From: Cocleimonas sp.
GTDB taxonomy: Bacteria; Pseudomonadota; Gammaproteobacteria; Thiotrichales; Thiotrichaceae
DNA length: 64,000 bases
Direction: 5' to 3'
Assembly: GCA_036960615.1 (NCBI GenBank)
Contig: JBALXO010000004.1
Location: 8,875 to 72,874 of the forward strand
Made by a program: the position numbers and the translations under genes. The notes under the pieces were generated by a model. That model was not told where the DNA came from and searched no databases. It worked only from the letters and a program-made list of their open reading frames with translations. Shown piece after piece: positions 8,364 through 18,614 of the stretch (its first letter is position 1; each line of letters opens with the position of its first letter).

Positions 8364-9596
8364 TTAGCCTACTGCAGCGCCTAATTTGAATATTGGCAAG
8401 TACATTGCAATAACTAAGCCACCCACTAACACACCTAGGACCGCCATAATCATCGGCTCCATTTGTTTAGAAAGTGTATCAACTAAATCATCGACTTGTT
8501 CTTCAAAGTAATCAGCTACTTTATCTAGCATTTCTTCTAAACGACCCGACTCTTCGCCAATTTTGGTCATCTGAACCACCATGCTCGGAAATTCTTGAGT
8601 GGTAGTCATCGCTACGTGAAGCTGCACACCTTTTGACGTATCTTCTTTAATCTGAAGTGTCGCATCTTCATAAACCACATTTCCCGTAGCCCCGGCAACA
8701 GCATCCATTGCCTCAACTAAGGGTACACCCGCAGCAAACATAGTAGAAAGTGTTCTTGCAAAACGAGCCACTGAAGATTTATTAATAATCACACCCATTA
8801 AAGGTATTTTTAATGACAATCTATCAACAAAGCGATGGAATTTTTTCGAGCGACGACGCGCTTGAGTGAAAGCTGAAATTGAGCCAATGATACCAATCAA
8901 TGGTATGTACCAATATGCTTGCAACCATTCTGACAGACTTATAACCCAAAGTGTAAATGCAGGTAGGTCAGCGCCAAAACCAGCGAATATATCTTTAAAT
9001 GTTGGAATTACCCATATTAACATGATGCAAGAAACAACCATTGCAGCCATGACAACAATGACTGGATACATCATTGCCTTTTTAACTTTGGCCTTCATTC
9101 TTTCAGTTTTTTCTTTATAAGAAGCAACCTTATCGATCATATCTTCTAAAGTACCTGCTTGTTCACCAGCACGGATCAAATTTACAAATAAGCTATCGAA
9201 ATACAGAGGATGATGAGCCAATGCACCAGCTAAATCATCTCCACCTTCGATATCTTTAGTAATTTTCTTAATCAACTCACGCATCGCTGGTTTTTCATGA
9301 CCATTACTGATCAGTTCTAGCGATTGCACCATTGGTACACCGGCGCGCATCATCGTTGTCAATTGTCGAGCAAACTGTGCAATATCTATAGGCTTGGGTT
9401 TACCCCCAGTCATACGATTACTTTTCTTTTTAATCGTTTTTGGGCTAATTCCTTGACGCCTTAATTCAGCACGCAAGAAATTCTCATTCGTCGCTTGGTT
9501 TTCACCACGAATTTTTACACCATTTTTATTGGTGCCTTCCCACACAAATGTAGGTTGATCTAATTTACTGTTACTTTTTGCAGATGCGGTTGCCAT
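8364..9596 (-). CDS. pilC: type IV pilus assembly platform protein
   Basis: 410 aa with a duplicated GspF/PilC domain (FARQLTTMMRAGVP... and FARTLSTMFAAGVP...). Confidence 0.92.
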   Translation of the reverse strand: MATASAKSNSKLDQPTFVWEGTNKNGVKIRGENQATNENFLRAELRRQGISPKTIKKKSNRMTGGKPKPIDIAQFARQLTTMMRAGVPMVQSLELISNGHEKPAMRELIKKITKDIEGGDDLAGALAHHPLYFDSLFVNLIRAGEQAGTLEDMIDKVASYKEKTERMKAKVKKAMMYPVIVVMAAMVVSCIMLIWVIPTFKDIFAGFGADLPAFTLWVISLSEWLQAYWYIPLIGIIGSISAFTQARRRSKKFHRFVDRLSLKIPLMGVIINKSSVARFARTLSTMFAAGVPLVEAMDAVAGATGNVVYEDATLQIKEDTSKGVQLHVAMTTTQEFPSMVVQMTKIGEESGRLEEMLDKVADYFEEQVDDLVDTLSKQMEPMIMAVLGVLVGGLVIAMYLPIFKLGAAVG

Positions 9597-9610
9597 AACG
9601 TTTCCTATTA

Positions 9611-11320
9611 TTAATCTTTAGTGACACGCTCAAGTTCAGCCAGAGAGGTAATGCCTTCTCGTACTTTAGTTAATGCAGATTGACGTAGATCAAGGACTTT
9701 TTCTTTTTTCGCTTGAATTGCAATCTCTAAGGAGTTCGCATCATTCATAATCATGGTCTGCATTTCAGTTGAAATAGGCATAACTTGATAAATACCTACA
9801 CGCCCTTTGTAGCCGTGTGAACAATCACCACAGCCTACTGGCTCATATATTTCTATTGAGTCTACTTCTTTCTCATCGAACCCCAGCTGAACAAGTGCTT
9901 GTTTTGGGACATCTTCAACCAAGGACTTACACGTTTTACAAAGCCGACGTGCAAGACGTTGAGCAACGATTAAGTGCACCGCCGATGCAATATTAAATGC
10001 TGGAACACCCATATTGATCAAACGAGTTAATGTTTCTGGAGCGCTATTGGTATGCAGTGTAGATAAAAGTAAGTGACCAGTTTGTGCCGCTTTCACTGAA
10101 ATTTCAGCGGTTTCCAAGTCTCGAATCTCACCTACCATGATGATATCTGGATCTTGACGAAGGAAAGCTCTCAGTGCACTAGCGAAAGTTAAGCCTACCT
10201 TATTGTTAACATTAACCTGATTGATACCAGGCACTTGAATTTCCGCAGGGTCCTCCGCAGTAGAAATATTTCTCTCTGAGGTATTCAGGATATTTAAACC
10301 CGCATAAAGTGTCACAGTCTTACCACTACCGGTTGGACCTGTTACCAGAATCATTCCATCGGGCTTTTCTAAGGCACTTAACAAGTCACTCTTTTGCTTA
10401 GGATCAAAACCAAGCACATCGATACCCAAAGCTGCTGTATCAGAATCCAAAATACGCATTACGATTTTTTCACCGTATAACGTAGGCAATGTGTTCACAC
10501 GAAAATCTATATGCTTATCTTCTCCAATCCTAAAATGAATTCGTCCATCTTGAGGAATTCTGCGTTCAGAAGTATTCAGTTGAGCCATAACTTTGATACG
10601 AGAAGTCATGCGTCTCGCTAGAGACTTAGGTGGCATACTTACAACTTGTAACATGCCATCTAAACGGAATCTAACTCGAAGGATTTTTTCGTAAGGTTCG
10701 ATATGAACATCTGATACTTTTTTGTTTATTGCATGTAGTAATAATTCGTTAACAAATTGAGTGACATCTACGCCCGAATCGTCGTCTTCTTCCTCTGATT
10801 CTAAATCAGCGGTTTCAACAACCATATCCTGAGCGGCAGCATCAGAGGATATTGACATGCCCGCAGTTATCGACTCATCATTAGAGTTAGGATTGAGTAA
10901 ACTCTGTAATTTGGAATATTCAACAATTACCGGCTCAGGCATTAGCTCAGTGGCAAATCTAACATCACTCAATTTTGATAAGAAAAATGGGTCTGCAACA
11001 GCAACCGTAAGTGCTTTACCCATCCTAAATAATGGATATAACTGTGCTTTGCGCATCATGTCTTTAGGTAGCAATACCTCGACATCCATGGCAACTTCAA
11101 TTGTACTTAAGTCAATTAAACTTAAACCAAATTCTTTACTGTTATATACAGCTAAGTCAGTTTCATCAACTAGCTTACGTTGGGCTAGATGAGTAGTAAT
11201 AGATATACTCCTCTCCGTAGAGTCTATTACAGCTTTTTCTGCAACCTCTTGGGGGAGTTTGTTATCTGCTACCAATTTCTTTAACAGACTAGGAAGATTT
11301 TTACTTTGAACCGTAGACAT
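9611..11320 (-). CDS. pilB: type IV pilus assembly ATPase
   Basis: 569 aa. Walker A GPTGSGKT, Asp/His boxes and the tetracysteine CKTCK...CGDC of GspE/PilB ATPases. Confidence 0.93.
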   Translation of the reverse strand: MSTVQSKNLPSLLKKLVADNKLPQEVAEKAVIDSTERSISITTHLAQRKLVDETDLAVYNSKEFGLSLIDLSTIEVAMDVEVLLPKDMMRKAQLYPLFRMGKALTVAVADPFFLSKLSDVRFATELMPEPVIVEYSKLQSLLNPNSNDESITAGMSISSDAAAQDMVVETADLESEEEDDDSGVDVTQFVNELLLHAINKKVSDVHIEPYEKILRVRFRLDGMLQVVSMPPKSLARRMTSRIKVMAQLNTSERRIPQDGRIHFRIGEDKHIDFRVNTLPTLYGEKIVMRILDSDTAALGIDVLGFDPKQKSDLLSALEKPDGMILVTGPTGSGKTVTLYAGLNILNTSERNISTAEDPAEIQVPGINQVNVNNKVGLTFASALRAFLRQDPDIIMVGEIRDLETAEISVKAAQTGHLLLSTLHTNSAPETLTRLINMGVPAFNIASAVHLIVAQRLARRLCKTCKSLVEDVPKQALVQLGFDEKEVDSIEIYEPVGCGDCSHGYKGRVGIYQVMPISTEMQTMIMNDANSLEIAIQAKKEKVLDLRQSALTKVREGITSLAELERVTKD

Positions 11321-11559
11321 TTTTTATATTGAACTCTCTGTCTTTATTATTAGTTTTTATTAGACTAGTTATCATTCTACGATTAGTCCGATTGTTTGCA
11401 AAGAGACTCTAGATAGTCGGTAGATTTAATTCATTTAAAACATCACATTATGGCTAAATATAGGTAAATAATATATTTGAGTTGATTAGATACTTGGTTC
11501 TAGTACCTTAGTCCCTATGATAATATCATTAATATCTTTAATTTAACCTTGAGTAAAAA

Positions 11560-11724
11560 ATGAAATCGTATTTATGTATAGTATGTGGCCTTGTTTATGA
11601 CGAAGCAGAAGGCTGGCCAGACGATGGCATTGCACCAGGTACAAAGTGGGCAGATGTCCCAGAAGATTGGGAATGTCCAGATTGTGGCGTGGGTAAATCT
11701 GATTTTGAAATGCTTGAAATTTAA
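11560..11724 (+). CDS. rubredoxin (54 aa)
   Basis: Below the ORF-track size cut-off. My translation is [54 protein letters not shown], with the two CxxCG knuckles and the conserved aromatic residues of rubredoxins. Confidence 0.9.
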   Translation: MKSYLCIVCGLVYDEAEGWPDDGIAPGTKWADVPEDWECPDCGVGKSDFEMLEI

Positions 11725-11852
11725 TTATTTCCGCTTATTTTCTAAAAATTAACACATGAATAATACTAAGAGAACAGTACTATTCTCACAGCATTGTTTT
11801 ATGGTATGCTTTTTGTTCGCTTTTTAATTTATCCTTATACACAGGAAGCTTC

Positions 11853-12350
11853 ATGCGCATACTTGGCATCGACCCAGGTTCACGAATTACTGGAATTGGC
11901 ATTATCGAAAGTGATGGTCGCTATAGCCAACATGTTTATAGCACCTGCATTCGTTTGGGAAATGATCCTTTCCCACTTCGCCTTGGTAAAATCTATAAAG
12001 AGATCGAACTCATTATTCGTGAGTTTCAACCACAACAAATGGCTATTGAAGATGTATTTCTGTCAAACAACCCATCATCAGCATTAAAATTAGGGCAAGC
12101 TCGTGGCGCAGCCATTTGTGCCACTGTAATGCAAGATGTTCCTGTTTTTGAATACAGCGCCAGAGAAATTAAACAAGCCGTAGTAGGCAAAGGTAATGCC
12201 GACAAATCCCAAGTACAGCACATGGTGAAGTTACTCCTGAACCTATCAGGGAAGCTTCAATCAGATACTGCAGATGGACTCGCAATTGCTCTTAGTCACG
12301 CTCATGTCGGTTCAACCAAACAACGTTTACAGGAAGCACTGTTAAAATGA
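11853..12350 (+). CDS. ruvC: Holliday junction resolvase
   Basis: MRILGIDPGSRITG N-terminus; 165 aa; overlaps the ruvA start. Confidence 0.93.
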   Translation: MRILGIDPGSRITGIGIIESDGRYSQHVYSTCIRLGNDPFPLRLGKIYKEIELIIREFQPQQMAIEDVFLSNNPSSALKLGQARGAAICATVMQDVPVFEYSAREIKQAVVGKGNADKSQVQHMVKLLLNLSGKLQSDTADGLAIALSHAHVGSTKQRLQEALLK

Positions 12351-12943
12351 TTGGATTACTAAGAGGCATTCTCCTCCAAAAACAAGCACCTGATTTATTA
12401 CTTGATGTAGGTGGTGTCGGTTATGAATTACTCGCCTCACTTACTACGTTTATTGAACTACCAGAGATCAATAACGAAGTAACACTCTACACGCATCTCA
12501 TTGTTCGTGAAGATGCACATACACTTTTTGCATTTAGTTCAATTGCAGAACGCGCCTTGTTTCGACTCCTTTTAAAAGTTAATGGTGTTGGCCCAAAAAT
12601 GGCGTTGGCTATCGTTTCGGGTATGACTGCCAATGAGTTTGCTCAACGAGTGCATAATAATGATATTTCAGGTTTAACAAAATTGCCCGGTGTTGGTAAA
12701 AAGACCGCTGAACGTCTCATTATAGAAATGCGGGATCGTTTACCAGAGCCATCAGATCAGGTAGAAATTGATGGTATTAACGCAACCCCAAGCATCCGTA
12801 ATCTTGAAGATGAAGCAGTATCAGCATTACTTGCATTGGGTTACAAACCCACACAAGCGAGTCAGATGGTGGCTAAACATTCAAGCGGCGGGTTATCTGT
12901 AGAAGAAATTTTACGTAAGGCATTGAAGGCGAGTCTTGGATGA
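12347..12943 (+). CDS. ruvA: Holliday junction branch migration complex subunit A
   Basis: MIGLLRG...L.VGGVGYE N-terminus, HhH motifs ([21 protein letters not shown]). Confidence 0.93.
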   Translation: MIGLLRGILLQKQAPDLLLDVGGVGYELLASLTTFIELPEINNEVTLYTHLIVREDAHTLFAFSSIAERALFRLLLKVNGVGPKMALAIVSGMTANEFAQRVHNNDISGLTKLPGVGKKTAERLIIEMRDRLPEPSDQVEIDGINATPSIRNLEDEAVSALLALGYKPTQASQMVAKHSSGGLSVEEILRKALKASLG

Positions 12944-14019
12944 TAGATTACAGCGATAATGAAAATAACAACGATAATAGTAGCTTTTACAACGACCGGA
13001 TTATCTCACCCGTTGCAGGTTTAGACGATGCCGCTAAAGATATCGAAGAAAAAATTCGCCCACAAACACTTAAAGACTATGTTGGTCAGCCAGCTGTTCG
13101 CGAACAGATGGAAATATTTATTCCTGCAGCAAAAGCTCGAGGCGAAGCATTAGATCATGTCTTAATTTTTGGTCCACCTGGATTAGGTAAAACAACTTTA
13201 TCGCACATCATTGCCAATGAACTAAACGCAAATTTACGCCAAACCTCAGGACCTGTATTAGAAAAAGCAGGTGATTTGGCCGCGTTACTGACCAATCTTG
13301 AAGAAAACGATGTGCTGTTTGTGGATGAAATTCATCGTCTCAGTCCGGTTATCGAAGAAATTCTTTATCCTGCTATGGAAGATTTTCAACTAGATATTAT
13401 GATTGGCGAAGGTCCTGCAGCGCGTTCTATTAAATTAGATTTACCCCCATTCACCTTGGTCGGTGCAACTACTCGAGCAGGTTTACTTACCTCCCCACTA
13501 CGTGACCGTTTTGGTATCGTGCAAAGATTAGAGTTTTATAATGTAAAGGACTTAACTCATATCGTGACGCGTGCTGCAGGTATTTTGAATGTCAGTATTG
13601 ATAGCCGAGGTGCTGAAGAAATCGCCAGGCGCTCACGTGGAACTCCTCGAATTGCGAATAGATTATTAAGACGTGTGCGTGATTATGCTCAAGTAAAGTC
13701 AGACGGCAAGATAAACAAAGAAATTTCTGACCTTGCACTCAATATGTTAAATGTCGACGATCTAGGGTTCGATCATATGGATCGTCGTGTATTACTAGCT
13801 ATTATGGAAAAATTTGATGGTGGCCCTGTTGGAGTTGAAAGTATTGCAGCAGCCATTGGTGAAGAAAGAGGCACGATTGAAGATGTAATCGAACCCTTTT
13901 TAATACAACAAGGTTTTTTAATGCGCACTCCACGCGGCAGAACAGCAACGCGCCATGCCTGGCAACACTTTGGTTTAAAGCAACCTAAACATTTAAGAAA
14001 TGCTGAAAATCAAGATTGA
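12940..14019 (+). CDS. ruvB: Holliday junction branch migration ATPase
   Basis: GPPGLGKTT Walker A, DEIHRL Walker [17 protein letters not shown] sensor region. Confidence 0.95.
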   Translation: MIDYSDNENNNDNSSFYNDRIISPVAGLDDAAKDIEEKIRPQTLKDYVGQPAVREQMEIFIPAAKARGEALDHVLIFGPPGLGKTTLSHIIANELNANLRQTSGPVLEKAGDLAALLTNLEENDVLFVDEIHRLSPVIEEILYPAMEDFQLDIMIGEGPAARSIKLDLPPFTLVGATTRAGLLTSPLRDRFGIVQRLEFYNVKDLTHIVTRAAGILNVSIDSRGAEEIARRSRGTPRIANRLLRRVRDYAQVKSDGKINKEISDLALNMLNVDDLGFDHMDRRVLLAIMEKFDGGPVGVESIAAAIGEERGTIEDVIEPFLIQQGFLMRTPRGRTATRHAWQHFGLKQPKHLRNAENQD

Positions 14020-14038
14020 AACGTAATTAATAAATAAT

Positions 14039-14070
14039 AAAGACACCCCTACCTTTTTCCCTGTTTTCCC
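14039..14070 (+). repeat. C-rich extragenic repeat, copy 5
   Basis: AAAGACACCCCTACCTTTTTCCCTGTTTTCCC, 20 nt after the ruvB stop. Confidence 0.85.
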
Positions 14071-14105
14071 AATAAATAAACTCTTTCATAAGCTATTATT
14101 AGCTT

Positions 14106-15509
14106 ATGCCAAGCAAAAATAACTATTCAGTATCACGCAGAGCGTTTATTTTCATTTGGAAAAAACTCTGCAAACTCACGATGAAGGTTTTCTATCGGAG
14201 TTATGAAGTGAGTGGCGAAGAATACATACCTGAAAACACAGGAATTATCCTCTGCGTTAATCACGTTAATGCGCTAATTGATGCAGCAGTATTACAAGCC
14301 TCAACCGATAAAGACATTCGTGCGCTTGCTCGGGATGGTTTATTCAAAAACCCTTTCTTAAAGCCCATCTTACAGATGATCGGAACTGTTCCGATTTATC
14401 GACGTGAAACAGAACAATCCGATACTTCTAAAAACCAAGATACCTTCTCTAGATGTTATGAGTTACTAGCCGAAAACCAAACTCTAGTTATCTTTCCAGA
14501 GGGACAAAGCCATTCAAAGTCATTCGTTCAAGAAATAAAAACAGGAGCTGCAAGAATGGCTTTAGGGGCCATTCAAACAAACGGGGTTGCTCCTGTCGTT
14601 CTTCCAGTCGGCATGACATTCAATCGTCAAAAAAGGGCAAGAACCGAAGTCTTAGTTCATTATGGCGATCCTATAGATTTAACTGTACCTGAAGGTATGA
14701 GTGAATATGATGCGGTTCATTTAATCACTGACCGAGTACAACAGGGTATTGAAGGTGTCACGCTTAACACTAAATCATGGCAAGATTTAGACCTTGTAAA
14801 ACGCCTTGAACAATTCTTTTCTCTTCGCACCAGTAAAACAGAAGGAAAAATTCCAGAACAATCTCACAAATCTAGGAAAAAATTAAGTGAGCGTTTTCAA
14901 GCATTACAACAACTCATCGAAGTACAAGAATTATTAAAGCAGCACGAACCAGAAAAAATACGCAGCCTAATGAGCAAACTACGCGTTTTCGAACGGCTCT
15001 GTCAAGCCTGTGGTATCAGCAATTACCATCTAGCTATCAAATACCAGCCTTTGCTATTAACACTTTATACACTGCGTACTTTAGGTATCGTCCTTATTGG
15101 TTTCCCTATCGCAATATGGGGCCTCATCAACAGTATTATCCCTTATTCACTAACTCATTCTGTTACTAAAAAAATATCTAAAAAGGTTGATCAACACGAT
15201 ACGGCATGGGTAATGCTCGGCATGCTATTTTTTGGTGTCTTTTGGGGCATTCAGTGCAATTATATATTCAGAAATTACGGTTTTTATTGGTCATTATTTT
15301 ATTTGAGTTCGATTATTTTAGGCAGTGCCTTAGCGCTTAATTTGAAAGGCGAATACCAAAGAACCATTGCCAACCTTAAAGTCTTTTTCCTGTTTATGCG
15401 TAAACAAGATCTGCGCAGCTACTTAGAAACCAAACGTCGTGAATTAGAAGTTGAACTCGCACATATGGTTCGTATCGCAAAACGCTTGTCTAAAGCTAAT
15501 AACGACTAA
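14106..15509 (+). CDS. PlsC-family acyltransferase with C-terminal membrane domain
   Basis: HxxxxD motif (NHVNALID) and FPEGQSH block of lysophospholipid acyltransferases. The C-terminal half has several TM helices. Confidence 0.7.
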   Translation: MPSKNNYSVSRRAFIFIWKKLCKLTMKVFYRSYEVSGEEYIPENTGIILCVNHVNALIDAAVLQASTDKDIRALARDGLFKNPFLKPILQMIGTVPIYRRETEQSDTSKNQDTFSRCYELLAENQTLVIFPEGQSHSKSFVQEIKTGAARMALGAIQTNGVAPVVLPVGMTFNRQKRARTEVLVHYGDPIDLTVPEGMSEYDAVHLITDRVQQGIEGVTLNTKSWQDLDLVKRLEQFFSLRTSKTEGKIPEQSHKSRKKLSERFQALQQLIEVQELLKQHEPEKIRSLMSKLRVFERLCQACGISNYHLAIKYQPLLLTLYTLRTLGIVLIGFPIAIWGLINSIIPYSLTHSVTKKISKKVDQHDTAWVMLGMLFFGVFWGIQCNYIFRNYGFYWSLFYLSSIILGSALALNLKGEYQRTIANLKVFFLFMRKQDLRSYLETKRRELEVELAHMVRIAKRLSKANND

Positions 15510-15540
15510 TAATTTAGCATTTATTCATTAGATAAAATTA

Positions 15541-15570
15541 AAAAACACCACAGCCTTTTGGGCTGTCTTC
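15541..15570 (+). repeat. C-rich extragenic repeat, degenerate copy (also a small hairpin)
   Basis: AAAAACACCACAGCCTTTTGGGCTGTCTTC aligns with copy 9 (AAAGACACCCCCCACCTTTTGGGCAC). ACAGCC/GGCTGT can pair. 32 nt after the acyltransferase stop. Confidence 0.5.
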
Positions 15571-15687
15571 AGTGCGACCCAACAAATTATCTCTCATTAT
15601 TTTATTGTGGGTATCGTTCTCACTCTTCTTGATTCCAGAGGAGTCTAAGTAAGCACTTTTTACCTAACACTGTGATAGCATTAAACT

Positions 15688-16149
15688 ATGAAAGAACATA
15701 CTCCAGATCAAGAAAAAGCTCCTAGTTTTAAAATTCCCGTCCGCGTTTATTACGAAGATACTGATGCAGGCGGCGTAGTTTACCATTCGAATTATATTAA
15801 CTTTTTTGAACGTGCTAGAACCGAATGGTTAAGAGCTTTAGGTTTAGAACAAGATTATTTGATAGCAGCACATCAATTAGTCTTCGTAGTTCGTGCCCTT
15901 AATTGTGAATATTTAAAGCCTGCACTATTTAATGATGAACTTTTTGTAACAGCAGACATCAGAGAGTTGGGGAAGACGAGTGTTGTTTTTAAACAACAGG
16001 TTATTCGAGCCACGCAAAATGAAGAAAAAAGTAAGCATGGAGATCATATAGTTTTGGCAGAAGGTAATGTAACTGTCGTTGCTGTAGATTCGATCAAGTT
16101 AAGACCCAAACGACTGCCAGCGTTTTTACTAGAAAAAATAAACAAATAA
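15688..16149 (+). CDS. ybgC: tol-pal associated acyl-CoA thioesterase
   Basis: 4HBT hot-dog fold N-terminus (VRVYYEDTDAGGVVYHSNY), immediately upstream of tolQ. Confidence 0.88.
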   Translation: MKEHTPDQEKAPSFKIPVRVYYEDTDAGGVVYHSNYINFFERARTEWLRALGLEQDYLIAAHQLVFVVRALNCEYLKPALFNDELFVTADIRELGKTSVVFKQQVIRATQNEEKSKHGDHIVLAEGNVTVVAVDSIKLRPKRLPAFLLEKINK

Positions 16150-16159
16150 GGAAAACTCA

Positions 16160-16846
16160 ATGACATTTGATCAAACCATACTCACGCTAATTTTGGATGC
16201 CAGCCTAATTGTTAAGGCAGTCATGGTGATCTTAGTATTAGCTTCTCTCGCATCGTGGACGTTAATGTTTATCAAACGAGGGCAATTACGAAAAGCGGAG
16301 AAAAGATTAGAAGTATTTGAAGATCGTTTTTGGAGTGGCATTTCCTTAAATAAACTCTATGGCGATCTTGCTAATCGACCTGATAGAGATGGCATGTCTG
16401 CGATATTTTTTAATGGTTACCACGAATATGCAAGACTCAACAAAGGTGAAACGCCACGTTTATTACCCGTGACTGATACAGCTCAAAGAGCCATGCGCGT
16501 CGCAGAAACACGTGAAATGGACAAACTTGAACAAAATTTATCATTCCTTGCCACAGTCGGCTCAACCAGCCCTTATATAGGATTATTTGGTACAGTATGG
16601 GGCATTATGAATTCATTTATCTCTTTAAGCCAAATGAAGCAAGCCACACTTGCTGTCGTTGCCCCAGGAATAGCAGAGGCTTTGATTGCTACTGCAATTG
16701 GACTATTTGCCGCTATCCCCGCAGTCATTGCCTATAACCGTTTCGCCGATAAAGTTGATCGTATTGGAGTACGTTACGAAAACTTCCGTGAAGAATTCAC
16801 TACGCTACTCGAACGCCAAGCCATTCTAACTAAGGACAAAGCTTAA
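16160..16846 (+). CDS. tolQ: Tol-Pal system protein TolQ
   Basis: MotA/TolQ/ExbB layout (3 TM), C-terminal GIAEALIATAIGLFAAIPAVIAYN. Confidence 0.93.
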   Translation: MTFDQTILTLILDASLIVKAVMVILVLASLASWTLMFIKRGQLRKAEKRLEVFEDRFWSGISLNKLYGDLANRPDRDGMSAIFFNGYHEYARLNKGETPRLLPVTDTAQRAMRVAETREMDKLEQNLSFLATVGSTSPYIGLFGTVWGIMNSFISLSQMKQATLAVVAPGIAEALIATAIGLFAAIPAVIAYNRFADKVDRIGVRYENFREEFTTLLERQAILTKDKA

Positions 16847-16848
16847 AC

Positions 16849-17271
16849 ATGTCACGCCGTAATAAAAAACGCCGCGCGATGGCAGAGATGAATGTCGTTC
16901 CTTATATCGACGTTATGCTCGTGTTACTGGTTATTTTTATGGTCACTGCACCAATGATGCAATCGGGTGTTAATGTGAACATGCCAGATGCGGACGCAGC
17001 TTTGCTAGAAAGTGATAGTAATCAACCTCCATTATTCATTGCTATTCGTGAGAATGGCGACATTAGCCTAGGTAATTCAGAAGAAGTGATTAGCACCGAA
17101 GAACTCACCCAACAAATGCAAGGCCAACTTGGCGAAACAGGCAATCGTCCTGTTTATATTCGTGCCGATGGCAATGCTATTCATACACACGTCACGCGCG
17201 CCATGATTGCTGCACAAAATGCAGGCGCAAAGAAAATTAGCTGGATGACTGAACCAGTCTCCGTTCAGTAA
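16849..17271 (+). CDS. tolR: Tol-Pal system protein TolR
   Basis: ExbD/TolR N-terminus MAEMNVVPYIDVMLVLLVIFMV. Gene order supports the call. Confidence 0.92.
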   Translation: MSRRNKKRRAMAEMNVVPYIDVMLVLLVIFMVTAPMMQSGVNVNMPDADAALLESDSNQPPLFIAIRENGDISLGNSEEVISTEELTQQMQGQLGETGNRPVYIRADGNAIHTHVTRAMIAAQNAGAKKISWMTEPVSVQ

Positions 17272-17277
17272 TAGAAC

Positions 17278-18609
17278 ATGTTTAAACTTATTGCCAAACA
17301 TCCTGGAGCAGTTATCGGTGCAGTGATTTTTCACCTACTGATTGTTGGTTTATTTTTTCTTAGCTTCGATTGGACTAAAAAGCCTGAAGTCGCAGATGCA
17401 GGCATTCCAATTTCTTTAGTCTCTTCTGATTCGCTAGAACCTCAGGCAAATAATGTCGCTGAGGAAGAATCTGCAAAGCCTTCTGAAAAGGATCTTTTGA
17501 AAGAGCAGGAAATAAAAGAGACATTAAAGCAGGAGAAGCTTTCACAAGAAAAACGTGCTGAAGAGAAAAAAGTAGAAACAGAAAAACTAGCACAGGAAAC
17601 CTTAGAAGAGGAAAACAAACAAGCTGAAAAAACAAGAAAACTAGAAGTTTTAAAATTAGCAGCATTGAAGGCGCAAAACCTCAAAAAAGAAAATGATGCA
17701 AAAGTACTAGAGCAACAAAAATTAGTTAAAGCTCAAGAACAGAAACAACTAGAAGAAAAAGCTGCCTTAGCTGAAGAACAGGAACTTGCCGAGAAAAAAG
17801 CTCAAGAAGAAGTAAACGAAGAAAGAAAAATCGCGGAAACAAAGAAACTAGCAGAACAAAAGCGCACTGCTGAAGTTGAGGCTAAAAAACGTAGAGCCGA
17901 TGCTGCTGCATTAGCCAAGAAACAATCTGAAGAAAAGAAAAAGATCGCAGATGAGAAGGCGAATAAAGAGAAAGCTGCAGAAAAAGAACGTCTTGCGGAA
18001 AAAGTTGCTCAGGAGAAGGCAGAGAAAGAAGCAAAACGGAAAGCCGAGGAAGAAAAACTAGCACAAGAGAAACGCGAAAATGAACAAGCCGAACGCCTAG
18101 TTAAAAAGAAAGCAAAGGAAAAAGCGGCGGCTAAAATAGCAAAAGCAAAAGCGGCCAAAGAAAAAGCAGAAAAAGATACAGCAGAGAAACTGGCCGCTAA
18201 AAAAGCAGAATATCAGCGTAAATGGCAAGAAGCACAAATAAAAAAGAAAGCTGATGCGGCCGCCGCTGATGCAAAACAAAAATCAGATGCTGTTGCTGCA
18301 GCACGTCAAATATCCTTAGAAAAAGAACGCAAAGGTGCACAAATTTCTTGGGGAAGTCGTGTGCAAAAGCACGTAGATCGCCGCTGGCATCCACCGCCAG
18401 GAACTAAGGGCAAGCAAGCGAAAGTTAAAATTACTATTTCTAATAGCGGTTTTATTGCAAATGGTATAAATATCCAATCTTGTACGGGGAGTGTTGAATT
18501 TTGCTCATCGGTAGAAGAGGCTTTCGAACGCTCTGAACCTTTACCCAGACCACCCGGCAAATATAATTTTAGTAAATCAGATCGAACTATTACGTTTAAA
18601 ATGGACTAA
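17278..18609 (+). CDS. tolA: Tol-Pal system protein TolA
   Basis: N-terminal TM anchor, very long Lys/Glu/Ala-rich helical domain II, globular C-terminal domain. Position between tolR and tolB. Confidence 0.88.
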   Translation: MFKLIAKHPGAVIGAVIFHLLIVGLFFLSFDWTKKPEVADAGIPISLVSSDSLEPQANNVAEEESAKPSEKDLLKEQEIKETLKQEKLSQEKRAEEKKVETEKLAQETLEEENKQAEKTRKLEVLKLAALKAQNLKKENDAKVLEQQKLVKAQEQKQLEEKAALAEEQELAEKKAQEEVNEERKIAETKKLAEQKRTAEVEAKKRRADAAALAKKQSEEKKKIADEKANKEKAAEKERLAEKVAQEKAEKEAKRKAEEEKLAQEKRENEQAERLVKKKAKEKAAAKIAKAKAAKEKAEKDTAEKLAAKKAEYQRKWQEAQIKKKADAAAADAKQKSDAVAAARQISLEKERKGAQISWGSRVQKHVDRRWHPPPGTKGKQAKVKITISNSGFIANGINIQSCTGSVEFCSSVEEAFERSEPLPRPPGKYNFSKSDRTITFKMD

Positions 18610-18614
18610 TAACT

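Noticed and set aside
8866-11192. Antisense ORFs inside pilC (8866..9120) and pilB (10857..11192)
   Set aside because: They are embedded in strongly supported genes on the opposite strand and have no motifs.
17375-18560. Six ORFs of 60-96 aa on the minus strand inside tolA (17375..17665, 17442..17684, 17882..18064, 18097..18279, 18197..18394, 18306..18560)
   Set aside because: They are antisense read-through of the low-complexity Lys/Glu/Ala-coding repeat of tolA, and their products are Phe/Leu/Ser-rich. tolA is well supported by gene context, so these are spurious.
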